This document shows positions 48,884-58,161 of a DNA stretch of 64,000 nucleotides, one piece after another; the first letter of the stretch is position 1; the number at the start of each line of letters is the position of its first letter. Position numbers and translations under genes: made by a program. Location: positions 13,119 to 77,118 of the forward strand of contig CANQPG010000002.1 of assembly GCA_947625705.1 (NCBI GenBank), given 5' to 3'. A model generated the notes under the pieces. It did no database searches and was not told where the DNA came from. It worked only from the letters and a program-made list of their open reading frames with translations. The DNA comes from an uncultured Peptococcaceae bacterium (GTDB taxonomy: Bacteria > Bacillota > Dehalobacteriia > UBA4068 > UBA4997).

Positions 48884-49864
48884 TTATTTGAATGGATTGC
48901 TTATATGGTTTCTTTGCAATTCCAATGTTTTCACATCACCAGACCATTCGATTGTGTAACCAAAGGTTTCCGCCAGATAACGCACGGGAGCATAAACATG
49001 GCCATTACGAACAGTAAGGCTGGTGTCCATCTGCAAAGTCTTTTTAACCGTCTTATCACCGTTTATGTCCATATCGGACGATTTATAGGTAACGTTATAT
49101 GCTTTATTGTTGGCCTTAAATGTGGCAACAGTATCGCCCAAAAGCCATTGCCCAAACAGATAGCCGGAGGTTTGACGATAGTTTTCGTAGCTTCCCCACG
49201 ACTCAGGAGCATACTTCTGATAAGTTTCTTTCTCCATATCCCAATCTTGCTGGCGTCCATCATTGTATAACGTGCTGCCTGTAAATGTTGCTGTTTTGGT
49301 ATTCTGATCCCATGCCACCTCCAGTCTCATTGCCTCGGCTATTGTCCGCAACGGCACCATTATACGGTTTTTGCTGTCCACATAAGGCTTACTGTCTGTA
49401 AACGTAATCTCATTATATGCGTCAATTCCATGCCAGTCAACCTTAACCTTAATCGTATCAAAGCCAGCGGCACCCGGAACGCTGTACAAAATGTTGTACC
49501 AGCCGTTATCTTCCATTTCATAATAAGTCTCGCCGCCATCAGTCTTTTTGGTATAAGTTTGACCATTAAGTTTTAAACTGCCATTGCTGTATGACCATGT
49601 GCCGGATTCGCGTCTGTCACCCCGCACACCCTCCATTAAATATTTGCCGTTGCTGTAAAATACCACATAAGAATTATTGCCGGTATAGCTATCTAAAAAC
49701 CAATATGTGTTATATAACGCCGCCGCACCGCTTCCCTTGCTCGCTGCTAAAGCAACATTACTGTTCCCGATCATCTCATTATTCAAGCTGCTGCCGGTAT
49801 ATAATAACGAGAAACTTAACACCAGCACAAATGCCAACGCTGCTGTTAATAGTTTTTTTCGCAT
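48884..49864 (-). CDS. secreted copper-amine-oxidase-N-terminal-like domain protein
   Basis: Signal peptide; two Cu_amine_oxidN1-type repeats (RIMVPLRTIAEAMRLEVAWD..., HVYAPVRYLAETFGYTIEWSGD...). Confidence 0.6.
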   Translation of the reverse strand: MRKKLLTAALAFVLVLSFSLLYTGSSLNNEMIGNSNVALAASKGSGAAALYNTYWFLDSYTGNNSYVVFYSNGKYLMEGVRGDRRESGTWSYSNGSLKLNGQTYTKKTDGGETYYEMEDNGWYNILYSVPGAAGFDTIKVKVDWHGIDAYNEITFTDSKPYVDSKNRIMVPLRTIAEAMRLEVAWDQNTKTATFTGSTLYNDGRQQDWDMEKETYQKYAPESWGSYENYRQTSGYLFGQWLLGDTVATFKANNKAYNVTYKSSDMDINGDKTVKKTLQMDTSLTVRNGHVYAPVRYLAETFGYTIEWSGDVKTLELQRNHISNPFK

Positions 49865-49940
49865 ACGCCGTCGTCCTTTCTGTGTTATTTAAGTGTAATA
49901 TCATAGTACTTAATACTGTTGTTTTGCCGCATTAAGCCAA

Positions 49941-51467
49941 TCAATTCGCGGTAAAGCTGAACATCTGGCTGCTGTACTTTTTGCCGTTGACAACGGCGTA
50001 AAATCTGTACTTATATGTCGTCCCCGGCTGCAAAGTATAGCCCATGCTCTTGTTGACGTCATACCACACATAGAAGTAATCATAATTGCCGCTGAAGCTG
50101 CCGTGCTCGCTTTTGCCGGTCAGATAATTCTCCTGCGCGTCATATAAATAAACGCCCACTTCAGTGACTGATCCCACAACAGATTTGCTGGCCGTCCCCT
50201 TAACTGCCAGCGTGGCGTTGTTACGCGAGACTTTAAAGCGACTGTTATCGGTATGCCAATAAATCTTCACAGGATAACATTCCGTGCAGCCGTCCATTTT
50301 TTTCGTGCTGCCATCGGTGAACTTTTCGCCGCAGGTGGCACAGGTGTAATAGTTGTAATGCGGGTGCGCCGCTTCATAGAACAAATACTTGCCCTTAGTA
50401 TGAGTATGGCTACTCTCACCATCACCATCAACGATAGTCCCTGACTCCGGTGCAACCGACGAAGACAATTTCCATTGCTGCGCCGCAGAATTATTGGCGG
50501 AATAGATCCAAACATTCGTGCCATTATCCGTATCGGCGTCATAAACATCAAGACGAAGATCAGTATTCACGGCCGGCACAATGTAAAAATAACCATCCCC
50601 GGCGTCCAACAGCTGCCATTTCTGCGCGTCAGTACCGTTGGCGTTCCATTGCTGCACATTGGTGCGGGAAACATCATCGCCGTTTGCCACGTCTAAAACC
50701 TTGCCGCTGCTGGTTTTGATGACGTAATAGCCATTGCCCACTCCCTCGAAATAGAACTTCTGCGCATCGGTGGAATTGTTATTCCAAATTTGGATATTGG
50801 CGCCGCTGTCCGAGGAGCCGTCACTCACATCTAAACGCATACCCGGCGCGCATTTAGGCTCAACCGTGTACCAGCAATTAAAAATTGTGACAGGAAACGT
50901 AGAATTTTCATCATTACCTTTTACTTCTACCCGATTGTTATCTGTGCTCTTGTCAGTGTCAACCTTATTACATCTGTACAACGAAAGGCCATAAAATGTG
51001 GCATATTTGTCATATGACAATGTAGGAGTGCCAATGCCTGCGCCGGTGCTCTGATAAACGGTAACTCCGTTGCTGTCAGTATAATATACCATTGCCGTGT
51101 GCTTAGACGTATATTTATCATAAGCACGGTAAATATCGCCCGGCTGCGCCTGCTTCATTAATTCGGCAATTTCTTTACCGTTTTGTGAGGTGCCCAAGCA
51201 AGTCCAGTTAGTATCAGAGTTCAATTGATACGGCGAAGCTGTGGACGGTATGCTGCAGCCAAAAATCTTGCCGGAAACAGCATTAACAAAATTATGGCAG
51301 CCGCCGGCTTTAAAAGTTTTCTGGCCCACCTTAAATCCATCTGTTTGCTGCACGGTTGCTATCTTATCTTTCACCTCCGAAGCAGTTAAGGCATATGCAG
51401 CAGTGTTAAACAAAAATACCAGACAAAACGCCACGGATAAAATCTGTATAATTCTTTTCTGCATCAC
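49941..51467 (-). CDS. secreted CHAP/amidase-like domain protein with ricin-B (QxW) lectin repeats
   Basis: Signal peptide; Cys/His hydrolase-like N-terminal domain (GGCHNFVN); three QxW repeats (QIWNNNSTDAQKF, QQWNANGTDAQKW, WIYSANNSAAQQW). Confidence 0.6.
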   Translation of the reverse strand: MMQKRIIQILSVAFCLVFLFNTAAYALTASEVKDKIATVQQTDGFKVGQKTFKAGGCHNFVNAVSGKIFGCSIPSTASPYQLNSDTNWTCLGTSQNGKEIAELMKQAQPGDIYRAYDKYTSKHTAMVYYTDSNGVTVYQSTGAGIGTPTLSYDKYATFYGLSLYRCNKVDTDKSTDNNRVEVKGNDENSTFPVTIFNCWYTVEPKCAPGMRLDVSDGSSDSGANIQIWNNNSTDAQKFYFEGVGNGYYVIKTSSGKVLDVANGDDVSRTNVQQWNANGTDAQKWQLLDAGDGYFYIVPAVNTDLRLDVYDADTDNGTNVWIYSANNSAAQQWKLSSSVAPESGTIVDGDGESSHTHTKGKYLFYEAAHPHYNYYTCATCGEKFTDGSTKKMDGCTECYPVKIYWHTDNSRFKVSRNNATLAVKGTASKSVVGSVTEVGVYLYDAQENYLTGKSEHGSFSGNYDYFYVWYDVNKSMGYTLQPGTTYKYRFYAVVNGKKYSSQMFSFTAN

Positions 51468-51482
51468 AAATACCCCCTCTCA

Positions 51483-52067
51483 TTACAATAATGTATTGGC
51501 TATCATCTGCGCCACTGCACGGCGCGGCGCTTTGTCGGAAGCTGTGAACGTCATATCCTCGGTAATGCCAATTTCTTCTGCCACGGCCAAATACCCGTCA
51601 GGATAACCGCCCGCGTCCTCGGCCTCTTGCTCCCAGCCGCGGGAACACACCAGCATTTTGACCACCTGCTCATATGTCACAGCATCTTCCGGGCCGAATG
51701 TGCCATCACCATAGCCGTTAATAATACCAAAATCAACCGACCATTTAATATACCCGGAAGCCCAATGCTTAGCCGGGACGTCGGTAAAAGGCGACTCATT
51801 ATAGCTTTTGGCAGCTTCTTCACCGTACATCATACGGCAAATCATAGCAGCCACCTCTGCCCTTGTAATGATATTGTTGGGATTAAAATGGCCGTTTTCA
51901 TCGCCGGTAATAATGCCGGCCTCCGCCAGCTCTTCCACTGCCGCCGCATAAGACGCCCCCGCCGGCACATCAGCAAACGTACCCGCCAGAGAGGTGCCGC
52001 AAAATGCCGCCATACACAGCAGTGTTACCAGCATTATCCTAATAGCTTTGCGTATTCTGTTCATCAA
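51483..52067 (-). CDS. SLH-domain (S-layer homology) protein
   Basis: Signal peptide + three SLH repeats (FADVPAGASYAAAVEELAEAGIITG, FTDVPAKHWASGYIKWSVDFGIING). Confidence 0.7.
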   Translation of the reverse strand: MMNRIRKAIRIMLVTLLCMAAFCGTSLAGTFADVPAGASYAAAVEELAEAGIITGDENGHFNPNNIITRAEVAAMICRMMYGEEAAKSYNESPFTDVPAKHWASGYIKWSVDFGIINGYGDGTFGPEDAVTYEQVVKMLVCSRGWEQEAEDAGGYPDGYLAVAEEIGITEDMTFTASDKAPRRAVAQMIANTLL

Positions 52068-52078
52068 ACACCGCCCCT

Positions 52079-52510
52079 TTATTCTGCCGCCGGTTGTTCG
52101 GCAGGAACACTGTTTTGCAGCTGGCCGTCTTTATTATAAACTTTAGCGGCTCTGGTATAGGTATCATTTTCTTCGTCATGCTTATCATAAAACTCAGCAT
52201 ACCACAACTGCTCGCCCGCTTCATTGTAGCCGGTATTTTTCAATAAAATGCCTCTTTGCGCATATTCCTCATCACCGTACTGGACATCGGGATTATCAGT
52301 ATCATAAAGAGCAAGCAAATTAGAATTTTTATCGTATTCCGCAGTCATTTTAATGCCGTTCTCATTAGCGTCATATTCCGAAACGACCTTATACAAAACC
52401 TCCTGCTTGTCGTCAGAGCTGCCGGCAGCTTGCCCATCTTGCCCGCAAGCGCTAAGCGAAACCACCAAGATTATCAACATAGCCAAACTTAAAAACTTTT
52501 TCATTTCTGT
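52079..52510 (-). CDS. hypothetical lipoprotein
   Basis: Likely start MTEMKKFLSLAMLIILVVSLSAC (lipobox); acidic. Confidence 0.5.
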   Translation of the reverse strand, partial: TEMKKFLSLAMLIILVVSLSACGQDGQAAGSSDDKQEVLYKVVSEYDANENGIKMTAEYDKNSNLLALYDTDNPDVQYGDEEYAQRGILLKNTGYNEAGEQLWYAEFYDKHDEENDTYTRAAKVYNKDGQLQNSVPAEQPAAE

Positions 52511-52644
52511 CATCCTTTCGTTTTGTAAATTGTGTTTTAGATATTTTAAACCGCATACAAATCCTATATGTTTTAACCCAACACCTCCTGCCATCATTTG
52601 CATTTATCATCATATTAAGTTCTTAAACAATGTTCGGATTTATA

Positions 52645-53352
52645 TTAACGCGCTTCATTATTTGGCGTACTCCCCTCATTGGGCTGAACCTTTGGCGGTG
52701 GGCTTACCGCTTGCCCAAGCGGCTGCTGTTTATGCAGTATATAAAGGAATAACGCCAGCAAACCGGCAGCGCCAAATGCCAGCAGCGAAAGCACCCAGCC
52801 ATATTCAAAATCCACCTGCAGATAACCACGCACCTCTTGCAAATCCTCGTAATAGCTCCAAAAAGTCGATTTGCACAGTATCAGCATAAAGGCTGCGCCC
52901 ATACTCAGCCCGGTGGAAATAAGCAGATCGCCGGCCTTAAGATTAGACATAAACAGATGAATAAGAGCAATTACGCCAAGCACTAAAGCGCCGATCAGGA
53001 AAATGTTCGGCGCAAAATCCGCGTCATAATATTCGGAACTCTCCGGAGACGAGCCGCCCATCATTATTTCAAAACCACTGCATTCAACTTGCTCGCCGGA
53101 ACATGACACCATAACAAACGGCAAAAAGAAACATAACATACCCGCCAGCAACAATACCTTAATCAGCGTGGTATCAATTTTGCCGCTGCCCCTTGCTGCA
53201 CTTGGCGCATCGTTGTTTGGCGTATCGTTGTTTGGCGTTTGCAGGCGCGGCGGTGTTTTGGCAGGCACACTTACATTCGGCTGCTCTGCCCCGCAGGCGC
53301 CGCAAAACTTCGCGCCATCTTTTAGTTCTTTGCCACATTTATTGCAATACAT
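52645..53352 (-). CDS. zinc-ribbon domain membrane protein (paralog A)
   Basis: N-terminal MYCNKCGKELKDGAKFCGACGAEQPNV zinc ribbon, Pro-rich linker, 4 TM. Confidence 0.65.
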   Translation of the reverse strand: MYCNKCGKELKDGAKFCGACGAEQPNVSVPAKTPPRLQTPNNDTPNNDAPSAARGSGKIDTTLIKVLLLAGMLCFFLPFVMVSCSGEQVECSGFEIMMGGSSPESSEYYDADFAPNIFLIGALVLGVIALIHLFMSNLKAGDLLISTGLSMGAAFMLILCKSTFWSYYEDLQEVRGYLQVDFEYGWVLSLLAFGAAGLLALFLYILHKQQPLGQAVSPPPKVQPNEGSTPNNEAR

Positions 53353-53486
53353 CTATGTATCTACCTCCCTCACCGCAATTTTTGCAAAACATTTTCAACC
53401 ACACCTTTTCTTTAAAATTTAATTTCTATTCAGCTATTTTCGCCGGTCTGTAGTTAAGCGGTACTTCTATTGCACGGTATTTGTAC

Positions 53487-54548
53487 TTATTCAACACGCT
53501 GAAATCGATAGTGGTCGCTGGAATTGGCAGTATTTCTAAACAATCCATCATCTTTGTATATATAAATCTTACCAAATTCATCTGAAAGGGAAGTGCTTCT
53601 ACAATGATCCCATTCCTCACAAGCATAAATACCGCTGCCATCCGCCGATGTTCGGGGCGTATCACGATCAACGCCCCAGCCCCACCATATATAATTCCAA
53701 CTGGCATCTAAATTTTTGCCATCGAATGAATTAATTGTTATTTTTCTCGTATAATTACCAGACCAATTATCAACATCAAGAACCCAATCACCATTGATAT
53801 ACCATTGCTCTGTAGAATCGTTAATAATATATGCAGGGTCAGAAGCAACTCCCCATTCGCCAAAACAATAGTCCAGCGTAAGCGTTATATCAAACTCTTC
53901 TGTCATATAATTATGTACTTCTTCCGCCGTAAAAGAATAATTATCCTTTTTCCCGGCCAAATCTGTCGTGTGGTCATAAACAACCATACTGCTTAGATCA
54001 TAACCGAAGTTTAGCATAGTTTCCAAAATCTGATTGTCTGACCAATCGGATCCTACTAACGGCATCATATCTGTATTGTATTTCTCAATATTGTCTAAAC
54101 TCCAGCCGTCATTATACAGAGCATATGTTAATTCATATTCTGCGTAATAAGTAAATTCATCAGTAGATGCCGTAAGCTCCAGCCAAACATAGTCGGTTTT
54201 ATCTTCCTTGTTAGTTTGACGCTGAGTAATTTCCGCCGATTGAACAACCATTGTGTTTTGCAAGAACATTTCATCGTTTGCTTCAATATCGGCGAGGATA
54301 TCTTTTTCTGATTTTGCGCTTGGCGTTAGGTTCATAAGCACTAAAACCAACACTAGACAAATACCTAAGCACAGTACCCCCACCAACAAACCAGTCTTAA
54401 CAGCTTTGCTATTGACAGTCTTGCCGATCATTTCTTCTCCGTTTTCCGAATCTACCGCAGACATAGCAACATTTGGCTGCTCCGCCCCGCAAACAGGACA
54501 AAACTTTACATCATCTTGCAATTCCTTACCGCAATTTTTGCAAAACAT
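53487..54548 (-). CDS. zinc-ribbon domain protein with single TM and large extracytoplasmic domain (paralog B)
   Basis: N-terminal MFCKNCGKELQDDVKFCPVCGAEQPNV nearly identical to paralog A; conserved DNA block GGCTGCTCYGCCCCGCA in both. Confidence 0.65.
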   Translation of the reverse strand: MFCKNCGKELQDDVKFCPVCGAEQPNVAMSAVDSENGEEMIGKTVNSKAVKTGLLVGVLCLGICLVLVLVLMNLTPSAKSEKDILADIEANDEMFLQNTMVVQSAEITQRQTNKEDKTDYVWLELTASTDEFTYYAEYELTYALYNDGWSLDNIEKYNTDMMPLVGSDWSDNQILETMLNFGYDLSSMVVYDHTTDLAGKKDNYSFTAEEVHNYMTEEFDITLTLDYCFGEWGVASDPAYIINDSTEQWYINGDWVLDVDNWSGNYTRKITINSFDGKNLDASWNYIWWGWGVDRDTPRTSADGSGIYACEEWDHCRSTSLSDEFGKIYIYKDDGLFRNTANSSDHYRFQRVE

Positions 54549-54730
54549 TCTTATCCAACCTCTCCCAAAAATCTTTTAGCAACGCCGGCACAAATAGTAA
54601 TAATACTCATGTCATTATTTTCGACAACTACCATTTATAATATCATTATTTTCAGAAACTATCAACAAAAATATCACAAAATATTAAAACTAACATTTTA
54701 AGTTATACTAATAGGTGAGGTGATAGCAAT

Positions 54731-55036
54731 ATGATTGGCGAAATCCTTGCTGAAGTAAGAAAAGATCATGGTGATACACAAGAGAGTTTAGCAAAAAAAT
54801 TGCATGTCACGGTTTCCGCTGTCCGCACATGGGAACAGGAAAAAAGCTCACCCTCGCAGGAAATGCTGGTGACTATTTGCCAACTCTATAATGTTTCGGC
54901 GGATTATTTGCTGGGGCTGTCCAATGTCGATCCCTCCTATGTTCAGCAACGAAGGCTGACAAGATTTTCCGATCAAGAGCTTGACGAAATAAAACTTTTT
55001 GAAGAGTTTCTGTTATGGAAGAAGAATAAGGCATAA
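54731..55036 (+). CDS. XRE-family HTH transcriptional regulator
   Basis: HTH_3: DTQESLAKKLHVTVSAVRTWEQEKSSP...ADYLLGLS. Confidence 0.8.
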   Translation: MIGEILAEVRKDHGDTQESLAKKLHVTVSAVRTWEQEKSSPSQEMLVTICQLYNVSADYLLGLSNVDPSYVQQRRLTRFSDQELDEIKLFEEFLLWKKNKA

Positions 55037-55071
55037 AAAAACTCTAGTGATACTCTTCACTAGAGGTTTTT
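55036..55071 (+). terminator. rho-independent terminator
   Basis: CTCTAGTGA-tactct-TCACTAGAG + GTTTTT. Confidence 0.8.
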
Positions 55072-55302
55072 CTTAAAGGCCATTTTGAAGATACGCTTTG
55101 ACTCTAACAAAGCCTTTTTATTGTTTACAGCATCCCAATATCTGCCCCACCCACACCATAAAAACTTTGACCACACAACCCTCCACAGACCTGATTGGAA
55201 CAAGCGGAGATTATGTGGTCGAAGAGTGCTAAAGCGCAAATGAAGCCGAGTGAAAACGGCTAAAAACCGCTGAAAATAAGCTAAAAAAGGATATGCACTA
55301 AG

Positions 55303-55345
55303 CTTGGGACCAGAGGGCCACAGGTTCAATACCGAGCGCCCAAGA
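55303..55345 (+). other. decayed 3'-half tRNA-Pro remnant (candidate attR of the island)
   Basis: CTTGGGA-CCAGA-GGGCC-ACAGG-TTCAATA-CC...: anticodon loop end + 3' anticodon stem CCAGA exactly complementary to TCTGG of the 5' fragment, variable loop and T-loop-like GGTTCAATACC; T-stem/acceptor degenerate. Confidence 0.4.
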
Positions 55346-55413
55346 GCGCAAGCTGAAAGTGCTGCGTGATTGGCTACGCGAGGGATACCTTCAGGTGCTC
55401 CTGTCATCCCGAC

Positions 55414-55457
55414 CAAAAAAAATCGAGCGGCGCCGCAAGGTGCTGCTCGATTTTTTA
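55414..55457. terminator. bidirectional rho-independent terminator
   Basis: AAAAAAAATCGAGCGGCGCCGCAAGGTGCTGCTCGATTTTTT: GC-rich hairpin flanked by A- and T-runs. Confidence 0.75.
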
Positions 55458-55496
55458 ATGAACTATAACGATCTGCAACCTTGTTTGGCCGCCGGC

Positions 55497-56789
55497 TTAA
55501 AGCGCCACCCTAAGGTGGAACCAGCCGCCTTTCGTCTCGTATACACAACAGGCGTCATGCTGCTCGCAGAACGCAGCAATGCTGCGGGTGCCGATACCGT
55601 GCCCCATATTATGCGATATCGGCAGCCCCTCTGCGTCAAAATGAATGGTACCGCTGTAAGGGTTGGCCACCTCGAACATCAGCGAGGGCCGGCTGATACA
55701 CGTGCAGACGATCTCCCGCCGCTCCGGCGGCAGCGCCGCACAGGCGTGTATCGCGTTTTCCAACGCATTGGCAAACACCGTCGATAACTCGGCGGAAGCC
55801 ACGGGCAGTTCATCGGGCAGCGCCAGATCCGCCTTAACGCGGATACCCTGCTGCTCCGCCTGCGCAAAATAAGAAGAAAAAACCGCGTCCAGCAGCGGAT
55901 CGGCGCACCATTTTTCCGGTTGAGCATATGCCACGTCACCCTGCAGCGTGTGGATATACGCCAGCGCTTCGTCGTTTTCGCCCCGCGCCAGCATATCCTC
56001 CACGGTCAGCAGCTTGTGTCTGAGGTCATGGCGCTCGATACGAATGGTCTCCTCGGCAGTGCGGGCGGCGGCAATGCGCCCCTCCAGCCCGGAAACCTGC
56101 GCCGCCAGCAGATCCTGCTTGTTCTGCGCCTCATAGTAAAGCATTTGCCGGCGCAGTGAGAAAAAAATGGTGATATAAGTCACCGGCATCAAAACCAACA
56201 CCAGCAGCAGCACCATCAGCTGAGAATAGCTGGTGATGGGAATATCGACCGGTACGTTGACCGCCATCAGAAGCAGATAAAACAGCGCAGAAATGACGGT
56301 TACCAGCCACCAGCCGCCGGGAAGCCCGGCCTGAAGCTCCAGATAAGGGCGGCGCAGTTTCTTCCACAGCAACAGCTCGAACAGGGGGAACAGCAGCAGC
56401 CGGGTGATAAACAGTACGATATACGTTTCGCCGCACAGGCGGTCTAAAAGTACGGTCGTCTGCATTATCCAGATACAGCAGGTGTCGCTGAGGCAGAACG
56501 TGAAGAAGAAACGCCCGTCGCGGTATTCCGAAAGCAGATAGAACAGAATCATCGACGGTATCGAGCAGGTGAGCAGCGCCACCCTGGCGACGGCCGCCCA
56601 GCCCCAAAATGCCAGCAGCGTAAACGCCGCCGAAAGCAAAACGGTGCAGATGATGAAAATGGTGAGGCACGTGCGCCGGAGCGGGTATTTGGAGCGAAAG
56701 AGCAGCAGAAAAACCACGGCCACGTGAATAAGCGACCATAACTGTGAAAATCCCAGCAAACCCGTCATAAAGTCTTGTCTCCCAGCCAA
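55497..56789 (-). CDS. membrane sensor histidine kinase, HPK10 (AgrC/LytS-like) family
   Basis: 6-7 TM N-terminal domain, H-box ERHDLRHKL, GHKL ATPase domain. Confidence 0.8.
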   Translation of the reverse strand: MAGRQDFMTGLLGFSQLWSLIHVAVVFLLLFRSKYPLRRTCLTIFIICTVLLSAAFTLLAFWGWAAVARVALLTCSIPSMILFYLLSEYRDGRFFFTFCLSDTCCIWIMQTTVLLDRLCGETYIVLFITRLLLFPLFELLLWKKLRRPYLELQAGLPGGWWLVTVISALFYLLLMAVNVPVDIPITSYSQLMVLLLVLVLMPVTYITIFFSLRRQMLYYEAQNKQDLLAAQVSGLEGRIAAARTAEETIRIERHDLRHKLLTVEDMLARGENDEALAYIHTLQGDVAYAQPEKWCADPLLDAVFSSYFAQAEQQGIRVKADLALPDELPVASAELSTVFANALENAIHACAALPPERREIVCTCISRPSLMFEVANPYSGTIHFDAEGLPISHNMGHGIGTRSIAAFCEQHDACCVYETKGGWFHLRVAL

Positions 56790-57505
56790 TAATCCATCCA
56801 GGCGCGCTTGATCTCGGCGAATGACGCCTGCGGAATAACGACCCTAACGCCGCTGTCCAGCAGAGCAGAGCCGCGCTCCACCGCTTTCACATGGTGCAGC
56901 CCCAACACAAAGCTGGCGCCGCAGAGGATAAAGCGCCTGTCCGCCAGCAGATCAGCCGCCGCCTCCTGAAACGAGCCGCGCAGTGTCCGGCTGTCCACCG
57001 TCTCGCCGCCCGCCAGATAATAGCGCATAAAACGTTCCACCCGCTCAACGTATAAAATATCCTCAAGCAGCAGCGAGCGCAGCCCGCGCGGCGTGTTGAC
57101 GATGACCGTCTCGGTCTGCCGCTTTTTGGCGGCGGCCACCGCCCTATCCAGCACGTCAAAAAGCTCCCGGCGCTGCACGGGCTTCAAAAGATAGAAAAAC
57201 GCCTGCGTCTGATAGCTTGCCACGGCATAATCCGGCGAGGTGGTAAGGTAGATTATCGCCCCGTCTCGCCCCATTTGCCGCAGCGCCTTGCCCGCCTCGA
57301 TACCGTTCAGGCTCGGCATGATAACGTCCATGATGTAGAGGTCGAAGCCGGCGCCCGCTTCCGCCGCGTCCAGCAGCGCATAGCCGCCGGCAAACAGCGA
57401 CACCTCCGCCGTAAGGTTCGGACGCGCCTGTAAATATTCCCTAAGCTCCGCCGCCGTCTGCTCCAGCTCAGTGCTTTCGTCATCGCATATGGCAATTTTG
57501 AACAC
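56765..57505 (-). CDS. LytTR-family response regulator
   Basis: CheY-like receiver (IAICDDE...DLYIMDV...) + C-terminal LytTR DNA-binding domain; overlaps HK start. Confidence 0.85.
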   Translation of the reverse strand: MFKIAICDDESTELEQTAAELREYLQARPNLTAEVSLFAGGYALLDAAEAGAGFDLYIMDVIMPSLNGIEAGKALRQMGRDGAIIYLTTSPDYAVASYQTQAFFYLLKPVQRRELFDVLDRAVAAAKKRQTETVIVNTPRGLRSLLLEDILYVERVERFMRYYLAGGETVDSRTLRGSFQEAAADLLADRRFILCGASFVLGLHHVKAVERGSALLDSGVRVVIPQASFAEIKRAWMDYWLGDKTL

Positions 57506-57568
57506 TCACATACCTCCCAGAGGCTTGAATTTAACGCCAAATAAGCTGAATTCCGCGCGGCAATCGCT

Positions 57569-58081
57569 TTAATCCAGCACCAGCGAGGGCGCCGTGTAAA
57601 CGCGGGCTTTCAGCTCGCTGTTCAGCAGGTAAAGACTGCGCGGGTCGGCGCCGTAAAGCTCCATTTTGGTGATCTGATCGGCCGAGTTCTTTTCCTCCTC
57701 GCCCTGCTCCTTGATGAACCAATCCAAAAACTGCGTCGTGCGGAAATCGTTGACCGCAATGGCCGCCGCATAGATCGCATTGATCAGCGACGTCACATAC
57801 TGCTCATGCTCCAGCGCAGCCTGAAGCGGCCCCATCAAATCGCTGAAGGTCTTATCCGGCTTGGCGATGGCCGAAAGCGTCACCGGCGCGTCGTTGTTGT
57901 GCAGATAGCGGTAGAAAAGCAGGGCATGATCCATCTCCTCTTTGGCCTGAATTTCATACCAGTTGGCAAAGCCGTCCAGCCCCTTGGCGTCATAGTAATT
58001 CGCAATATCCAGATAAAGATACGCGGAATACATTTCCTTATTGATCTGATCGTTTAAAAGTTCTGCCACTTTTTTATCCAT
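57569..58081 (-). CDS. ftnA: non-heme ferritin
   Basis: Start MDKKVAEL (RBS GGGAGGG); ferritin diiron ligands (E..EE..H). Confidence 0.8.
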   Translation of the reverse strand: MDKKVAELLNDQINKEMYSAYLYLDIANYYDAKGLDGFANWYEIQAKEEMDHALLFYRYLHNNDAPVTLSAIAKPDKTFSDLMGPLQAALEHEQYVTSLINAIYAAAIAVNDFRTTQFLDWFIKEQGEEEKNSADQITKMELYGADPRSLYLLNSELKARVYTAPSLVLD

Positions 58082-58161
58082 AGTGATCCCTCCCAATTAA
58101 AATTTTGCTGCCTATTATTGTATCATATTCCGGCAAAATTGCAATCCCCGTTTTGCCCGGC

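Larger units (their letters stand above)
44904..55302. mobile_element. about 10.4-kb low-GC genomic island inserted into a tRNA-Pro gene, carrying a replacement tRNA-Pro, degraded integrase, defence-like and surface-protein genes
   Basis: GC drop to about 40-45% versus >60% flanks; bounded by split tRNA-Pro halves; integrase remnants at 47644-48690. Confidence 0.65.

Noticed and set aside
55303-55345. Functional tRNA at island right edge
   Set aside because: T-stem (ACAGG vs CCGAG) and acceptor strand cannot pair; only a decayed remnant
55060-55416. 118-aa minus-strand ORF MVGMTGAPEG...
   Set aside because: No RBS, runs through two terminators and the tRNA remnant, odd composition; likely spurious
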